The translations under genes and the position numbers were made by a program. The notes under the pieces were generated by a model that saw only the letters and a list, made by a program, of their open reading frames with translations, was not told where the DNA came from and made no database searches. This document shows, piece by piece, positions 10,295 through 20,770 of a stretch of DNA of 64,000 nucleotides. Source of the stretch: an uncultured Candidatus Saccharibacteria bacterium (GTDB lineage: Bacteria; Patescibacteriota; Saccharimonadia; Saccharimonadales; UBA4665); the NCBI GenBank assembly GCA_903840315.1, contig CAIMFK010000012.1, forward strand, positions 16,186 to 80,185, read 5' to 3'. Within the stretch, counting starts at the first letter, position 1. Every line of letters starts with the position of its first letter.

Positions 10295-10774
10295 CTAATA
10301 CCTCGCAAAATGTGCGAATGCTCGGTTGGCGTCAGCCATCTTGTGAGTGTCTTCCTTCTTCTTTACAGCAGTACCAGAGTTGTTGTAAGCGTCAACGAGC
10401 TCACTAGCAAGTCTCTCATCCATAGGAATGCCTTTTTTAGAACGAGCCGCAGAAACAAGCCACATAGTTGTAAGATGGTTCTGTCTTTGGCCTTTTACTT
10501 CGAAAGGAATCTGATAGTTTGCTCCACCAACTCTTCTAGATCTAGTTTCCATGTGAGGCTTAATGTTGTTGAAAGCTTGGTCAAAAACTTCTAAAGGATT
10601 TTTTACTTTTAACTTATCGGCTGATTTTTCCATTGCAGTGTAAACGATTTTTTCAGCAACTTGTTTCTTGCCATCAAGCATGATTCGATTTATTAGCTTT
10701 TGAACAGTTACAGAATCGTATATTCTATCTGGCTTAACTTCTCTAACTAGTGCTTTGGTTTTTTTTCTAGGCAT
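10295..10774 (-). CDS. rpsG: 30S ribosomal protein S7
   Basis: 159 aa, MPRKKT...PD..Y.S..V.K.IN..M.DGKK..AE.I. Confidence 0.97.
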   Translation of the reverse strand: MPRKKTKALVREVKPDRIYDSVTVQKLINRIMLDGKKQVAEKIVYTAMEKSADKLKVKNPLEVFDQAFNNIKPHMETRSRRVGGANYQIPFEVKGQRQNHLTTMWLVSAARSKKGIPMDERLASELVDAYNNSGTAVKKKEDTHKMADANRAFAHFARY

Positions 10775-11187
10775 TATTTAGCACCTTTCTTAGCACCGTA
10801 TTTACTACGGCCTTGTTGTCGTCCTTGAACACCTTGAAGGTCAAGGCTACCACGAACAATGTGATATCTCACACCAGGTAAATCCTTAACTCGTCCACCA
10901 CGTACAAGTACAACTGCGTGTTCTTGTAGGTTATGGCCTTCTCCGCCAATGTAAGCCCAAACTTCGTATCCGTTAGTCAATCTAACACGAGCTACTTTTC
11001 GTAGAGCTGAGTTTGGTTTCTTTGGAGTCTTGGTTGTCACCTTAACACATACACCTCTTTTGAATGGTGCTGGCTTATCGTAGTTTTTGGTTTTTAAGTT
11101 GTTTGTAACACGCATCAAAGCAGGAGACTTGCTCTTTGGGTTAGCCTTGTTGCGTGGCTTTCGTACTAATTGATTTATTGTAGGCAT
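10774..11187 (-). CDS. rpsL: 30S ribosomal protein S12
   Basis: 137 aa, [11 protein letters not shown]...[32 protein letters not shown]. Confidence 0.98.
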   Translation of the reverse strand: MPTINQLVRKPRNKANPKSKSPALMRVTNNLKTKNYDKPAPFKRGVCVKVTTKTPKKPNSALRKVARVRLTNGYEVWAYIGGEGHNLQEHAVVLVRGGRVKDLPGVRYHIVRGSLDLQGVQGRQQGRSKYGAKKGAK

Positions 11188-11215
11188 ATAGGTTATAACT
11201 TTAACATCTTAGGGT

Positions 11216-14200
11216 TTATGCGTCAACTGCTGTTTCGACTTCCAAATCTTCGACTATAGATTCTTCTACTTCAGATCCGTCAGAATAGCCGGTACCTACA
11301 GGAATTTTACGTCCCAAGATAACGTTTTCTTTTAGACCATAAAGTTTGTCAACTTTACCGCTGGTTGCTGCTGCGATTAGAACTCTTGTTGTATCCTGGA
11401 AGCTTGCTGCAGATAGGAATGAGTCTGTTGAAAGGCTGGCCTTTGTAATTCCAAGGAGTAATTGAGTATATACTGCTGGCTTCTTCTTCTCAGCAAGTAG
11501 CTTTTCGTTAGCTTCCACAACAGCTAATTTACTGACAATGTCGCCGTTTACGAATTCAGAGTCACCAACCTCTTCAATCTGGACACGACTAAACATTTGT
11601 CGAACAATCAATTCAAGGTGTTTATCAGAAATGTTCTGGCCTTGAGCAGCAAAAATTTCAAGGACTTCATTCATGATGTATCGTTGAGTTGCTTCGATAC
11701 CCTTGTGCTTCATTAAGTCATGCAAGTTAATTGAACCGTTAGTTATTCGATCACCAGCCTTAACTTTATCGCCATCCTTTACGATTAACTGTTTAAATCC
11801 AGGTATTTCATAACGAACAACAGATTGGGATGCAGGAACAATCATAACTAACTTATCTGTAACTTCAAGCTTTCCAGCAATAGGTGCAATGATTGGATCA
11901 TCACCAGATTTCGTAGATGCTAGTACATCGCCTATAGCAACATCGCTACCACTTGAAATCTGAACTTTTCGCTTACCAATCTTCTCTTCGAAGACATCTT
12001 TGTCTGATGAAGTAACTTGAACTACGTAGTGATCACCTTCTTCCCATGCATTGACGCTACCATCAATCTCAGAGATGAAAGCTTGACCCTTTGGAGTACG
12101 TACTTCAAACAATTCCTCAACTCTTGGTAGACCAGTAGTAATGTCATCTCCAGCAACACCACCAGAGTGGAATGTTCTTAGAGTTAACTGAGTACCAGGC
12201 TCACCAATAGATTGCGCAGCAATTACACCAACTGGGTGATGTGAGCTTACGAGTTTACCTGTAGCTGGATCAATACCGTAAGATTTTCTAGAGATTCCCC
12301 TTACATTAGTACAGCTTAGTACGCTCATGATTCTAACGCTGTCGATGCTTTCATCTTGCTCAATAGCTAACGCAATTTCAGGTGTAATTAATTTACCCTT
12401 ACCGATGTAAGATCCAACTTTTTCTGCAGAATATCTTCCAGATAATCTTGCACCGAAATTGATACCAATCTTGGCTGCATCTTCTCTTAAAATTGCAAAT
12501 CCTGGATCTTCAGCAGTTTCATCGACTGTGAATACATCCTGAGCAACATCAACAAGTCTTCGGGTTAAGTAACCTGAGTCGGCAGTCTTAAGAGCTGTGT
12601 CAATCATACCCTTTCTGGAACCACGACTAGCGGTAAAGTACTCAAGTGGAGTAAGGCCCTTTTTGTATCCTGATCTAATAGGAAGCTCAATTGCACGACC
12701 AGATGCTTCAGTGGTTACACCAAGAAGACCCACAGCCTGCTTAACCTGTCCTAAGTTACCACGAGCTCCTGATATAACAGCGATTGCCATTGAGCTATCA
12801 TCTTTACTAAATTGATCAGAAAGCTTTGTAAGTACATTACTATCAACATTTTGCCATTGTTCAACTGTTAGACGATATCTTTCTTCGTCATTGATGAATC
12901 CTTGGTCATACTGCTGTGAAATATTGGCAGTCTTCTTTTCACCCTCTTCAAGCATTTCTTGAAGTCCTTCAATTTCTTTGAAGTCAGTCATACCAATTGA
13001 TAGACCAGATTTAGTTGCATACATAAAACCAAGATCCTTTAGAAGATCAGCGATCAGAGCAGTCTCATCTTGACCATGTTGCTGATAGATTTCAACCATC
13101 ATAGACTGTAACTTCTTCTTAGTCATTGGTTCATTCTGATAAGCAAACTCTTCTGGAAGAATTTCATTGAATAGTAACTTACCTAGGGTAGTCTCACGAA
13201 CTTGCCCACGGAAAGGAATTGCTACTGGGCTTTGTAGGATGATCTTGCCTGCATCTAAAGCCATTAAAGCTTCATTGATGCTGCTGTATCTTACTGGCTT
13301 ATCGTTAGCAACAGATGGCCTGTTGTAAGTTAAGTAGTAACAACCAAGAACGATATCCTGATCGATGTGTAGAATTGATGAACCATCGGCAGGCTTAAGC
13401 AAGTTCTTGCTAGCAGCCATAATATCTCTAGCTTCATCTTGTGCTTTATCGCTTAGAGGTAAGTGAACAGCCATCTGGTCACCATCGAAGTCGGCGTTAA
13501 AACCTTTACATACTAGTGGGTGAAGCTGAATAGCTCGTCCTTCGATTAGCACAGGTTGGAATGACTGAATACTCAAACGGTGAAGTGATGGTGCACGGTT
13601 TAATAGTACGTATTTACCTTTAATAACTTCATCAAGAGCATCCCATACTTCAGTCTCACCAGTCTCAATCATTCTTGTTGCAGAACGGATGTTGTGAGCT
13701 TGTTCTCGAGCAATTAGTTCTCCGATAACAAATGGCTTAAATAATTCAAGTGCCATCATCTTTGGAAGACCACACTGATAGATTCTTAGTTCAGGTCCAG
13801 CAACAATTACTGAACGACCTGAGTAATCCACTCTCTTACCAAGCAAGTTTTGTCGGAATCGACCCTGCTTACCCTTAAGCATGTCGCTAAGGCTCTTTAA
13901 GCGTCGTCTTTGGCCGGTTGCAGCAACAGCTCGACCACCACGGGCTGAGTTGTTGTCGATTAGGGCGTCAACAGCTTCTTGGAGCATTCTTTGTTCGTTT
14001 CGCTTAATAACTTCAGGAGCGTTAAGATCCATGAGCTTCTTAAGTCGGTTATTACGATTTATAACCCTTCTATAAAGGTCGTTTAGGTCACTTGTGGCAA
14101 ATCTACCACCAGTAAGTTGAACCATTGGACGAAGATCTGGAGGAATAACAGGAATTACGCTTACACAAGTTGAACTTGGTTTAATGTCAGCTCTTTCCAT

Positions 14201-15046
14201 TCCTTCAATCATTCGAAGTCGCTTCATAATCTTCTTCTTGTTCATGCCCTTGGCATTTTCGGCTTGTTCTTCAAGGTCTTTGATTAAAGTCTTTAGATCA
14301 ATCTGATCAAGAAGCTCTTTAAGTGCAGCTCCACCCATGCCAACTTTAGTGATAGCTCTTAGCTCATCAGGTAGATTTCGATAATCACTTTCGTTAATTA
14401 GTCCGAATCTAACTAAGCCATCGATTTGGTTCTTTACTATTTCAAAATTCTTAGAAACTTCATCTAATTCTTTGGTTTGAGCTTCTGCTAGAGCCTTAAC
14501 ATTAGCGTCTTCAGCTTCAGCTTCTTTTTCAAAACGAATCCTAATAGCTTCTTTTGCAGCTGCGAATTCTGCTTCTTTATCTGCAAGAATTTGGTCTCTC
14601 TTAGCTTCATCAACGCTGATAATAATACAGCTAGCAAAGTAAGCAACTCGTTCAAGATTCTTAACAGTCATACCAAGAAGAAGACCCATGGCTGAAGGCG
14701 TACCCTTCAAGAACCAGATGTGTGCTACAGGAACAGCAAGAGTAATGTGACCCATTCTTTCACGTCGAACGATACTTCGAGTTACTAGCTCACCGTTCTT
14801 GTCTACTGCTGCTTCTCGTGATCGAACACCCTTGTACTTAGTATCGTGTGGGTTAATATCTTTTACTGGTCCAAAGATTCTTTCACAGAATAATCCATCT
14901 CTCTCTGGTTTTTGAGTCCTATAGTTAATAGTCTCAGGTTTAGTAACCTCACCGTAGCTCCAGTCAAGTATGTCTTCTGGGCTAGCAACTGATAATCTTA
15001 CAGCATCAAAGTCTGCAATATTTATTCCGTGGGAGTAGCGTCTCAT
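11216..15046 (-). CDS. rpoC: DNA-directed RNA polymerase subunit beta-prime
   Basis: 1276 aa with the catalytic NADFDGDQMAVH motif. ATGA overlap with rpoB. Confidence 0.99.
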   Translation of the reverse strand: MRRYSHGINIADFDAVRLSVASPEDILDWSYGEVTKPETINYRTQKPERDGLFCERIFGPVKDINPHDTKYKGVRSREAAVDKNGELVTRSIVRRERMGHITLAVPVAHIWFLKGTPSAMGLLLGMTVKNLERVAYFASCIIISVDEAKRDQILADKEAEFAAAKEAIRIRFEKEAEAEDANVKALAEAQTKELDEVSKNFEIVKNQIDGLVRFGLINESDYRNLPDELRAITKVGMGGAALKELLDQIDLKTLIKDLEEQAENAKGMNKKKIMKRLRMIEGMERADIKPSSTCVSVIPVIPPDLRPMVQLTGGRFATSDLNDLYRRVINRNNRLKKLMDLNAPEVIKRNEQRMLQEAVDALIDNNSARGGRAVAATGQRRRLKSLSDMLKGKQGRFRQNLLGKRVDYSGRSVIVAGPELRIYQCGLPKMMALELFKPFVIGELIAREQAHNIRSATRMIETGETEVWDALDEVIKGKYVLLNRAPSLHRLSIQSFQPVLIEGRAIQLHPLVCKGFNADFDGDQMAVHLPLSDKAQDEARDIMAASKNLLKPADGSSILHIDQDIVLGCYYLTYNRPSVANDKPVRYSSINEALMALDAGKIILQSPVAIPFRGQVRETTLGKLLFNEILPEEFAYQNEPMTKKKLQSMMVEIYQQHGQDETALIADLLKDLGFMYATKSGLSIGMTDFKEIEGLQEMLEEGEKKTANISQQYDQGFINDEERYRLTVEQWQNVDSNVLTKLSDQFSKDDSSMAIAVISGARGNLGQVKQAVGLLGVTTEASGRAIELPIRSGYKKGLTPLEYFTASRGSRKGMIDTALKTADSGYLTRRLVDVAQDVFTVDETAEDPGFAILREDAAKIGINFGARLSGRYSAEKVGSYIGKGKLITPEIALAIEQDESIDSVRIMSVLSCTNVRGISRKSYGIDPATGKLVSSHHPVGVIAAQSIGEPGTQLTLRTFHSGGVAGDDITTGLPRVEELFEVRTPKGQAFISEIDGSVNAWEEGDHYVVQVTSSDKDVFEEKIGKRKVQISSGSDVAIGDVLASTKSGDDPIIAPIAGKLEVTDKLVMIVPASQSVVRYEIPGFKQLIVKDGDKVKAGDRITNGSINLHDLMKHKGIEATQRYIMNEVLEIFAAQGQNISDKHLELIVRQMFSRVQIEEVGDSEFVNGDIVSKLAVVEANEKLLAEKKKPAVYTQLLLGITKASLSTDSFLSAASFQDTTRVLIAAATSGKVDKLYGLKENVILGRKIPVGTGYSDGSEVEESIVEDLEVETAVDA

Positions 15047-18000
15047 AAAATTGCCTCCTCGCTATCTTGTTCAACGACGTTAAGTTTCTCATCTTCATTT
15101 AAAGCTTCAGTATCAACATTCACTTCATCAGAAATATCATCCATTACGACGAATTCATCAGCAACTGATTCTTCAGTAAGATCAATTTTTGAATTTAATG
15201 GTTGAGGTACTTCTATATCAGATTGGTGACTGCCTTCATCCTTAATATTTTGAGCTAAAATAGCTTCAGCATCTACTAAGCTATCTGAGTGCATTAAATC
15301 AACCTTGAGTCCTAGACCCTGAAGTTCTTTAACTAGTACGTTAAAGCTTTCTGGTACTTTAGGACCGACAATGTCAGTCTTCTTGATGATTGACTCATAA
15401 GCTTTACTTCTTCCGTAAACATCATCAGATTTAATTGTAAGCATTTCTTGAAGGGTGTTTGACGCACCATATGCTTCAAGAGCCCATACTTCCATCTCTC
15501 CAAATCTCTGTCCACCATTTTGTGCTTTACCACCAAGAGGCTGCTGAGTAACCATAGTGTAAGGACCGGTTGACCTTGCATGGATCTTATCCGCAATCAT
15601 GTGGTTTAGCTTAATCATGTACATAGAACCAACTGTAGTCATTTCCTGGAATGGCTCACCATTACGTCCGTCAAATAATTGTTGCTTTCCGTCTTCTGGA
15701 AGGCCTGCTTCCTTTAGAAGATCTTGGATTTTCTCAATTGGCACTCCATCAAATGATGGGCTAGCCACCTTGAATCCAAGAGCTCTTGCAGCCATACCTA
15801 GGTGAGATTCAAATAACTGTCCGACGTTCATACGAGCGGCAACACCCAATGGGTTTAATACGATATCTACAGGTGTTCCGTCTTCGCGGAAAGGCATATC
15901 TTCAACAGGCAATATTCTTGCAATAACACCCTTGTTACCGTGACGTCCACCAAGCTTATCTCCAACAGCAATCTTACGCATTTGGGCTACGAATACTTGA
16001 ATTTGCATGATAACACCTGATTTTAGGTCATGTCCGTTTTCCTTGGAGAAAATTTTAACTCCAACAACCTTACCGTGTTTACCGGTACTCATTCTTTGTG
16101 AAGTATCACGAACTTCTTTTGCTTTTTCACCGAAAATAGCTCTTAGAAGTCTTTCTTCACTTGAAAGTTCTTGTTCACCTTTAGGAGTAATTTTACCAAC
16201 TAAGATATCTCCTGGATGTACTTCAGCACCGATTCTTACGATTCCGTCTTCATCAAGATGTCTTAATGCTTCTTCACTAACGTTAGGAATATCTCGAGTT
16301 ACAATTTCAGGGCCTAGTTTTGTTTCACGAACTTCAATCATGAAGTCAACAATATTAATTGATGTTAGAGTATCGTCTTCAACAATTTTTCTAGAAATAA
16401 TTATAGCATCTTCGAAGTTATAACCACTCCAAGGCATAAATGCTACGACTAAGTCTTTTCCAAGAGCTAATTCACCGCCTTGGATGCTCATTCCTTCGAT
16501 TAGGATATCGCCCTTCTTAACTTTATCTCCAGTTTCAACAACAACTCTTTGGTTAATTGATGTACCTTCGTTAGATCGAATGAAATGCTGAGGCTCGTAT
16601 TTAACTGTGCCTTCTTTATATTTAACAATTACTTCTTGTGCCGAAGCTTTGACAACTTCACCATCTGCCTCTGCAGCAATTAGCTGACCGGTATTTCTGG
16701 CAATAACGCCTTCCATTCCTGTTCCAACTATTGGAGATGCAGGCTTAATAAGAGGAACGGCTTGTCTTTGCTGGTTACTACCCATTAGTGATCGGTATAC
16801 GAAGTTCTTCTCAATAAATGGAATTAATCCTGCGCTTGAACCAATTATTTGATTTTGAGCTGCATCAATATGGGTAACTTCACCAGTATCAACCTCACCA
16901 GACTTTAATCTTATTCTTGCACTAACTCTTTCGTCAGCAAAAGTATTATCTTCATTGATTCTATTACCGGCACCTGCAATTACTGCTGATTCTTCATCTG
17001 CAGCATCTAGGTAAACAATTTCGCTTGTAGCATAAGGCTTAACTGGCCAAAGAACCTGTTTCTTAACTTCAGCTAGTTTTTTAGCCTGAGCTTCAGTAAT
17101 TTTTTCGCCAGCCTTTACGATAACAGCACCTTTTTCATTTTCGAGATTAACTCTAGCTACTTCGCCGACTGAATTTTTTGCAGTAACAGAAGTAGTAACT
17201 TTTCTATATGGAGTCTCTACGAAACCATAGTCGTTTATTCGAGCATAAGTAGCCATGTTAAGCACTAGACCGATGTTTGCCCCTTCAGGAGTTTCTACTG
17301 TACAAATTCTTCCGTAGTGAGTTGCATGTGCATCACGAACTTCAAATCCAGCTCTTTCTCTAGAAAGACCACCAGGTCCCATAGATGAAAGTCGTCTTTT
17401 ATGAGCAAGCTCAGATAATGGGTTAATTTGGTCCATGAAGATTGAAAGCTGAGAGCTTGCAAAGAATTCACGAACTGCAGCAACAATTGGTCGAGCGTTT
17501 ATTAGCTGACCTGGGGTTACAGTTTCGATTTCGCTCATACTCATTCGATCTTTAGTATTTCGTTCCATCCTAAGTAGACCGATTCTAAATTGTCTTTGAA
17601 CAAGTTCTCCTACCAACTTAACTCTTCGGTTAGCTAGGCTATCGATGTCATCTGCTGGTTCCTGAGTATTGTTTAGTCTAATAATCTCAGCGATAATTGC
17701 TGTAAGATCTTCAATCCTCATAACTCTATTTTCAATAGTATTTGGAATATCAATGTCTAATCGCTTATTAATCTTGTATCGTCCAACTCGTGAAAAGTCG
17801 AATCTCTTGAAGTTGTAGAACATGTTTTCAATAAGAGCTCTTGCGTTGTCTACAGTTGCAAGATCGCCTGGGCGTAATCTTCGATAAACTTCGATTAATG
17901 CCTCATTGTGACCTCGTGCAGGGTCTTTATCGAGTGTTGTATCTAGATAGCTGTGCTTACCTTGGTCAACGTGCTTGAAGTTTTCTCGCATGTGAGCTTC

Positions 18001-18606
18001 GGTCATACCTAATGCTCGTAGCAATGTTGTTACAGCAATTTTTCTTTTTCGGTCGATCTTCACGAAGATGGCACCAGCGGCAGAAGTCTCAAACTCTAAC
18101 CATGCACCACGTCCAGGAATAACCTTAGCACCGTAATGCTTCGTATTTCCATGAGTATCAGCAGTAAAGAAAACACCAGCTGAACGAATCAACTGACTAA
18201 CTACAACTCTTTCAGCACCATTAATAACAAATGTTCCTCTAGAAGTCATCCATGGGAAATCACCTAAGTATATTTCTTGGGTTTTAACTTCACCGGTAAT
18301 CTTATTGATTAACTCAACATTGGCCTTTAATGGAGCCTCGAATGATACGTTGTTATCACGAGCTTCATACTCAGAAACCTTAGGATCTTCGAAGTGATAA
18401 TCCTTAAAGTTAAGAGTTAGCTTAGTGCCTGTATAGTCATCAATTGGACTAATTTCGGCTAAAAGCTCTCCTAGGCCTTCTTCAACAAACCATTGAAATG
18501 ATTTATTTTGATGATCTACTAGGTTTGGGATATCAAGTTCATTCTCTTGACCATTGAAATATACCCTTTTTGATGTGTTTGTAATTTGCGTGCTATTTTT
18601 TGCCAT
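15043..18606 (-). CDS. rpoB: DNA-directed RNA polymerase subunit beta
   Basis: Conserved beta regions throughout. I chose ATG at 18606 (MAKNST...), which places IPNLV..Q..SF.WF about 27 aa from the N-terminus, as in other beta subunits. The ORF-track start at 18621 is a TTG only 2 nt after AGGAG. The start remains somewhat uncertain. Confidence 0.95.
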   Translation of the reverse strand: MAKNSTQITNTSKRVYFNGQENELDIPNLVDHQNKSFQWFVEEGLGELLAEISPIDDYTGTKLTLNFKDYHFEDPKVSEYEARDNNVSFEAPLKANVELINKITGEVKTQEIYLGDFPWMTSRGTFVINGAERVVVSQLIRSAGVFFTADTHGNTKHYGAKVIPGRGAWLEFETSAAGAIFVKIDRKRKIAVTTLLRALGMTEAHMRENFKHVDQGKHSYLDTTLDKDPARGHNEALIEVYRRLRPGDLATVDNARALIENMFYNFKRFDFSRVGRYKINKRLDIDIPNTIENRVMRIEDLTAIIAEIIRLNNTQEPADDIDSLANRRVKLVGELVQRQFRIGLLRMERNTKDRMSMSEIETVTPGQLINARPIVAAVREFFASSQLSIFMDQINPLSELAHKRRLSSMGPGGLSRERAGFEVRDAHATHYGRICTVETPEGANIGLVLNMATYARINDYGFVETPYRKVTTSVTAKNSVGEVARVNLENEKGAVIVKAGEKITEAQAKKLAEVKKQVLWPVKPYATSEIVYLDAADEESAVIAGAGNRINEDNTFADERVSARIRLKSGEVDTGEVTHIDAAQNQIIGSSAGLIPFIEKNFVYRSLMGSNQQRQAVPLIKPASPIVGTGMEGVIARNTGQLIAAEADGEVVKASAQEVIVKYKEGTVKYEPQHFIRSNEGTSINQRVVVETGDKVKKGDILIEGMSIQGGELALGKDLVVAFMPWSGYNFEDAIIISRKIVEDDTLTSINIVDFMIEVRETKLGPEIVTRDIPNVSEEALRHLDEDGIVRIGAEVHPGDILVGKITPKGEQELSSEERLLRAIFGEKAKEVRDTSQRMSTGKHGKVVGVKIFSKENGHDLKSGVIMQIQVFVAQMRKIAVGDKLGGRHGNKGVIARILPVEDMPFREDGTPVDIVLNPLGVAARMNVGQLFESHLGMAARALGFKVASPSFDGVPIEKIQDLLKEAGLPEDGKQQLFDGRNGEPFQEMTTVGSMYMIKLNHMIADKIHARSTGPYTMVTQQPLGGKAQNGGQRFGEMEVWALEAYGASNTLQEMLTIKSDDVYGRSKAYESIIKKTDIVGPKVPESFNVLVKELQGLGLKVDLMHSDSLVDAEAILAQNIKDEGSHQSDIEVPQPLNSKIDLTEESVADEFVVMDDISDEVNVDTEALNEDEKLNVVEQDSEEAIL

Positions 18607-18777
18607 AAATAATATATGCAATGCTCCTATATTTAAATTGTTGTATTTTTAGGTTTCGTGCACGAAGATTACTAAGAGGGTGTTTTTGGCGCTAACTTTA
18701 AAAAAATAAAAGCACTGCCCAACTTATACTACTTCTTAAGATACAAGTCTGATGTAAAAACTTTTAAAAGTCAAGTA

Positions 18778-19398
18778 TTATTTTTTAGTTTTTGTAGAAG
18801 ATATTGAGCCAATTACATTGTCAACTATTCCATAGGTCTTGGCCTCTTCAGCTGTCATGTAATAATCCTTTTCCATGTCATTGTGAATTTTGGATATTTT
18901 TTGGCCAGTATTGGATGACATAATTTCTTCTAGTAACTTCTTTAGTCTAATTGATTCTTCCAAATCAATTTCCATATCAGAAACTCTTCCTCTAGTACCA
19001 CTTGATGGTTGGTGAATCATGACCTTAGAGTGAGGAAGTGCAAATCTTTTTCCTTTTGCACCAGAACTTAACAGAAATGCTGCAGCGCTAGCGGCCATTC
19101 CAATCCCAATTGTCTGAACATCTGCTTTAACATAGTTCATAGTGTCATATATTGCCAAGGCATCGGTTACACTACCACCGGGACTATTAATGTAAAGGTA
19201 AATATCTTTCTTTGGATCTTCAGAGTCTAAAAATAGTAATTGTGCAACAATTAAATTAGCAGAATGCTCATCAACTTGAGTTCCTAAGAATATAATTCTA
19301 TCTTTTAATAATCGAGAATATATATCGAAAGCTCTTTCGGATCGGCCATCGCTTTCGATTACGGTTGGTATAAGAATATTGCTTGTTGGACTTTTCAT
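18778..19398 (-). CDS. clpP: ATP-dependent Clp protease proteolytic subunit
   Basis: LIPTVIE...[19 protein letters not shown], active-site GMAASAAA and MIHQP. Start trimmed to ATG 19398 (the ORF-track start is a TTG). TATAAT lies 7 nt upstream of this ATG. Confidence 0.95.
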   Translation of the reverse strand: MKSPTSNILIPTVIESDGRSERAFDIYSRLLKDRIIFLGTQVDEHSANLIVAQLLFLDSEDPKKDIYLYINSPGGSVTDALAIYDTMNYVKADVQTIGIGMAASAAAFLLSSGAKGKRFALPHSKVMIHQPSSGTRGRVSDMEIDLEESIRLKKLLEEIMSSNTGQKISKIHNDMEKDYYMTAEEAKTYGIVDNVIGSISSTKTKK

Positions 19399-19443
19399 AC
19401 ATCTAATTATATATATGAGATTAGCGCTCGTCAAGCTTGAGTG

Positions 19444-20733
19444 CTAATTCTTTTTTGATGCAATTTCAGTTAGAAATTTGAAAGTTTTTTCGGTTAACAT
19501 TTGGTTTCTAATGCCTGAAATGTTCTCCGGCTTAGCAAGCTCAGCCTGCATTTGAGGATCCTGATATTGGCCTCTCATTAATTGAAGTCTGACTTCAAGC
19601 TCTTCGGGAGTAACAGTTATTCCTTCTTTTTCGGCTATTTCACTGAGAATGAGAGAAGATTTTACGATATTTTCAGCAGGAGCCCTATTTCTTTCACGGT
19701 GCTCTGCTTCAGTTACTCCTTCTTCTTTGAGGTGTTCTTCCCAAGTTTGTCCCCTATAAAGAATACTTTGTTTTTCTTCTAGTTCGCTTCTTTGAATTTG
19801 CTCTTCTATAATCGATTCAGGAATTGTAACTTTTGAATCATTGGTAATCATGGCAATAACTTCGCTCTCGTAAAGACGATCTTCTTGTTGTTGCTTCTCA
19901 TTTTCGAGTTGTTTTTTGATATCTTCTTTAAGCTCGGCAACGTTCTTAAATGGCCCAACTTTTGAAGCTAGGTCATCGTTAATTTCGCTTTTCTTAAGCT
20001 CATTCACCATTTGTACTTTAACTTCAAATGTTACTACTTTATTTTGAAGATGTTTAGCGCCGTAATCTTTTGGAAATTTAACATCAAAAGTTTTTTCCTC
20101 GCCAGCTTTTAGGCCGATTAATTCAGGCTCGAATCCAGGAATGAATGAATTGCTTCCGATAACTAATGGATAAGATGTTCCGTCAGCACCTGAAATAGAC
20201 TCTTTAGTTTCTTTATCTATACCTTTGAAATCTATTACAACCTGATCACCATCTTTAGATGCTCTTTTTACCTCAACCGCTTCCGCTGCACGATCTTGTA
20301 GAGATGCAATAACTTCTTCAACATCTTTATCGGTAACCTTAATAGGCTTCTTAGCAACTCTAATTTTTTTATAGTCAGCTATTTCCATCTTTCCAATTAC
20401 TTCTACTTCAATTTCAATTTCAAGTAATGTGAAAGGAACAAATTTTTTAACAGAAATTTTTGGCTGTGCCACTGGCCTTAAGTTCTCTTTGATAACAATT
20501 TGTCTATATAGTTCATTGATGGCATGATCTACGAAGTCTGCCTGTAGTCTTCCTTGGTCAGCATTCTTCTCAACAATATTGAGTGGAGCTTTGCCGGCTC
20601 TAAAACCATCTAATTTCATAGTATTCTGCATATCCTGAAGAACGTGCTTGTGAGTCCTCTCAAGTAAATCCACAGGAGCGGTAACTAAAATATTTAGGTT
20701 GTTATCGTTTTTATAGTTGAGTTTTGCTTGCAT
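19444..20733 (-). CDS. tig: Trigger factor
   Basis: About 429 aa, N-terminal ribosome-binding region GFRAGKAP, central FKBP-like domain. Start trimmed to ATG 20733 (the ORF-track start is a TTG). TATAGT lies 8 nt upstream. Confidence 0.93.
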   Translation of the reverse strand: MQAKLNYKNDNNLNILVTAPVDLLERTHKHVLQDMQNTMKLDGFRAGKAPLNIVEKNADQGRLQADFVDHAINELYRQIVIKENLRPVAQPKISVKKFVPFTLLEIEIEVEVIGKMEIADYKKIRVAKKPIKVTDKDVEEVIASLQDRAAEAVEVKRASKDGDQVVIDFKGIDKETKESISGADGTSYPLVIGSNSFIPGFEPELIGLKAGEEKTFDVKFPKDYGAKHLQNKVVTFEVKVQMVNELKKSEINDDLASKVGPFKNVAELKEDIKKQLENEKQQQEDRLYESEVIAMITNDSKVTIPESIIEEQIQRSELEEKQSILYRGQTWEEHLKEEGVTEAEHRERNRAPAENIVKSSLILSEIAEKEGITVTPEELEVRLQLMRGQYQDPQMQAELAKPENISGIRNQMLTEKTFKFLTEIASKKN

Positions 20734-20770
20734 AAACAGCAACTATATCAGATTAGAAAAGATTTATCTA

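Noticed and set aside
15046-15294. 83-aa strongly acidic C-terminal tail on RpoB (25 Asp/Glu by my count).
   Set aside because: As far as I recall, comparable acidic tails occur on beta subunits of some Gram-positive bacteria. They are not distinctive enough without a comparison.
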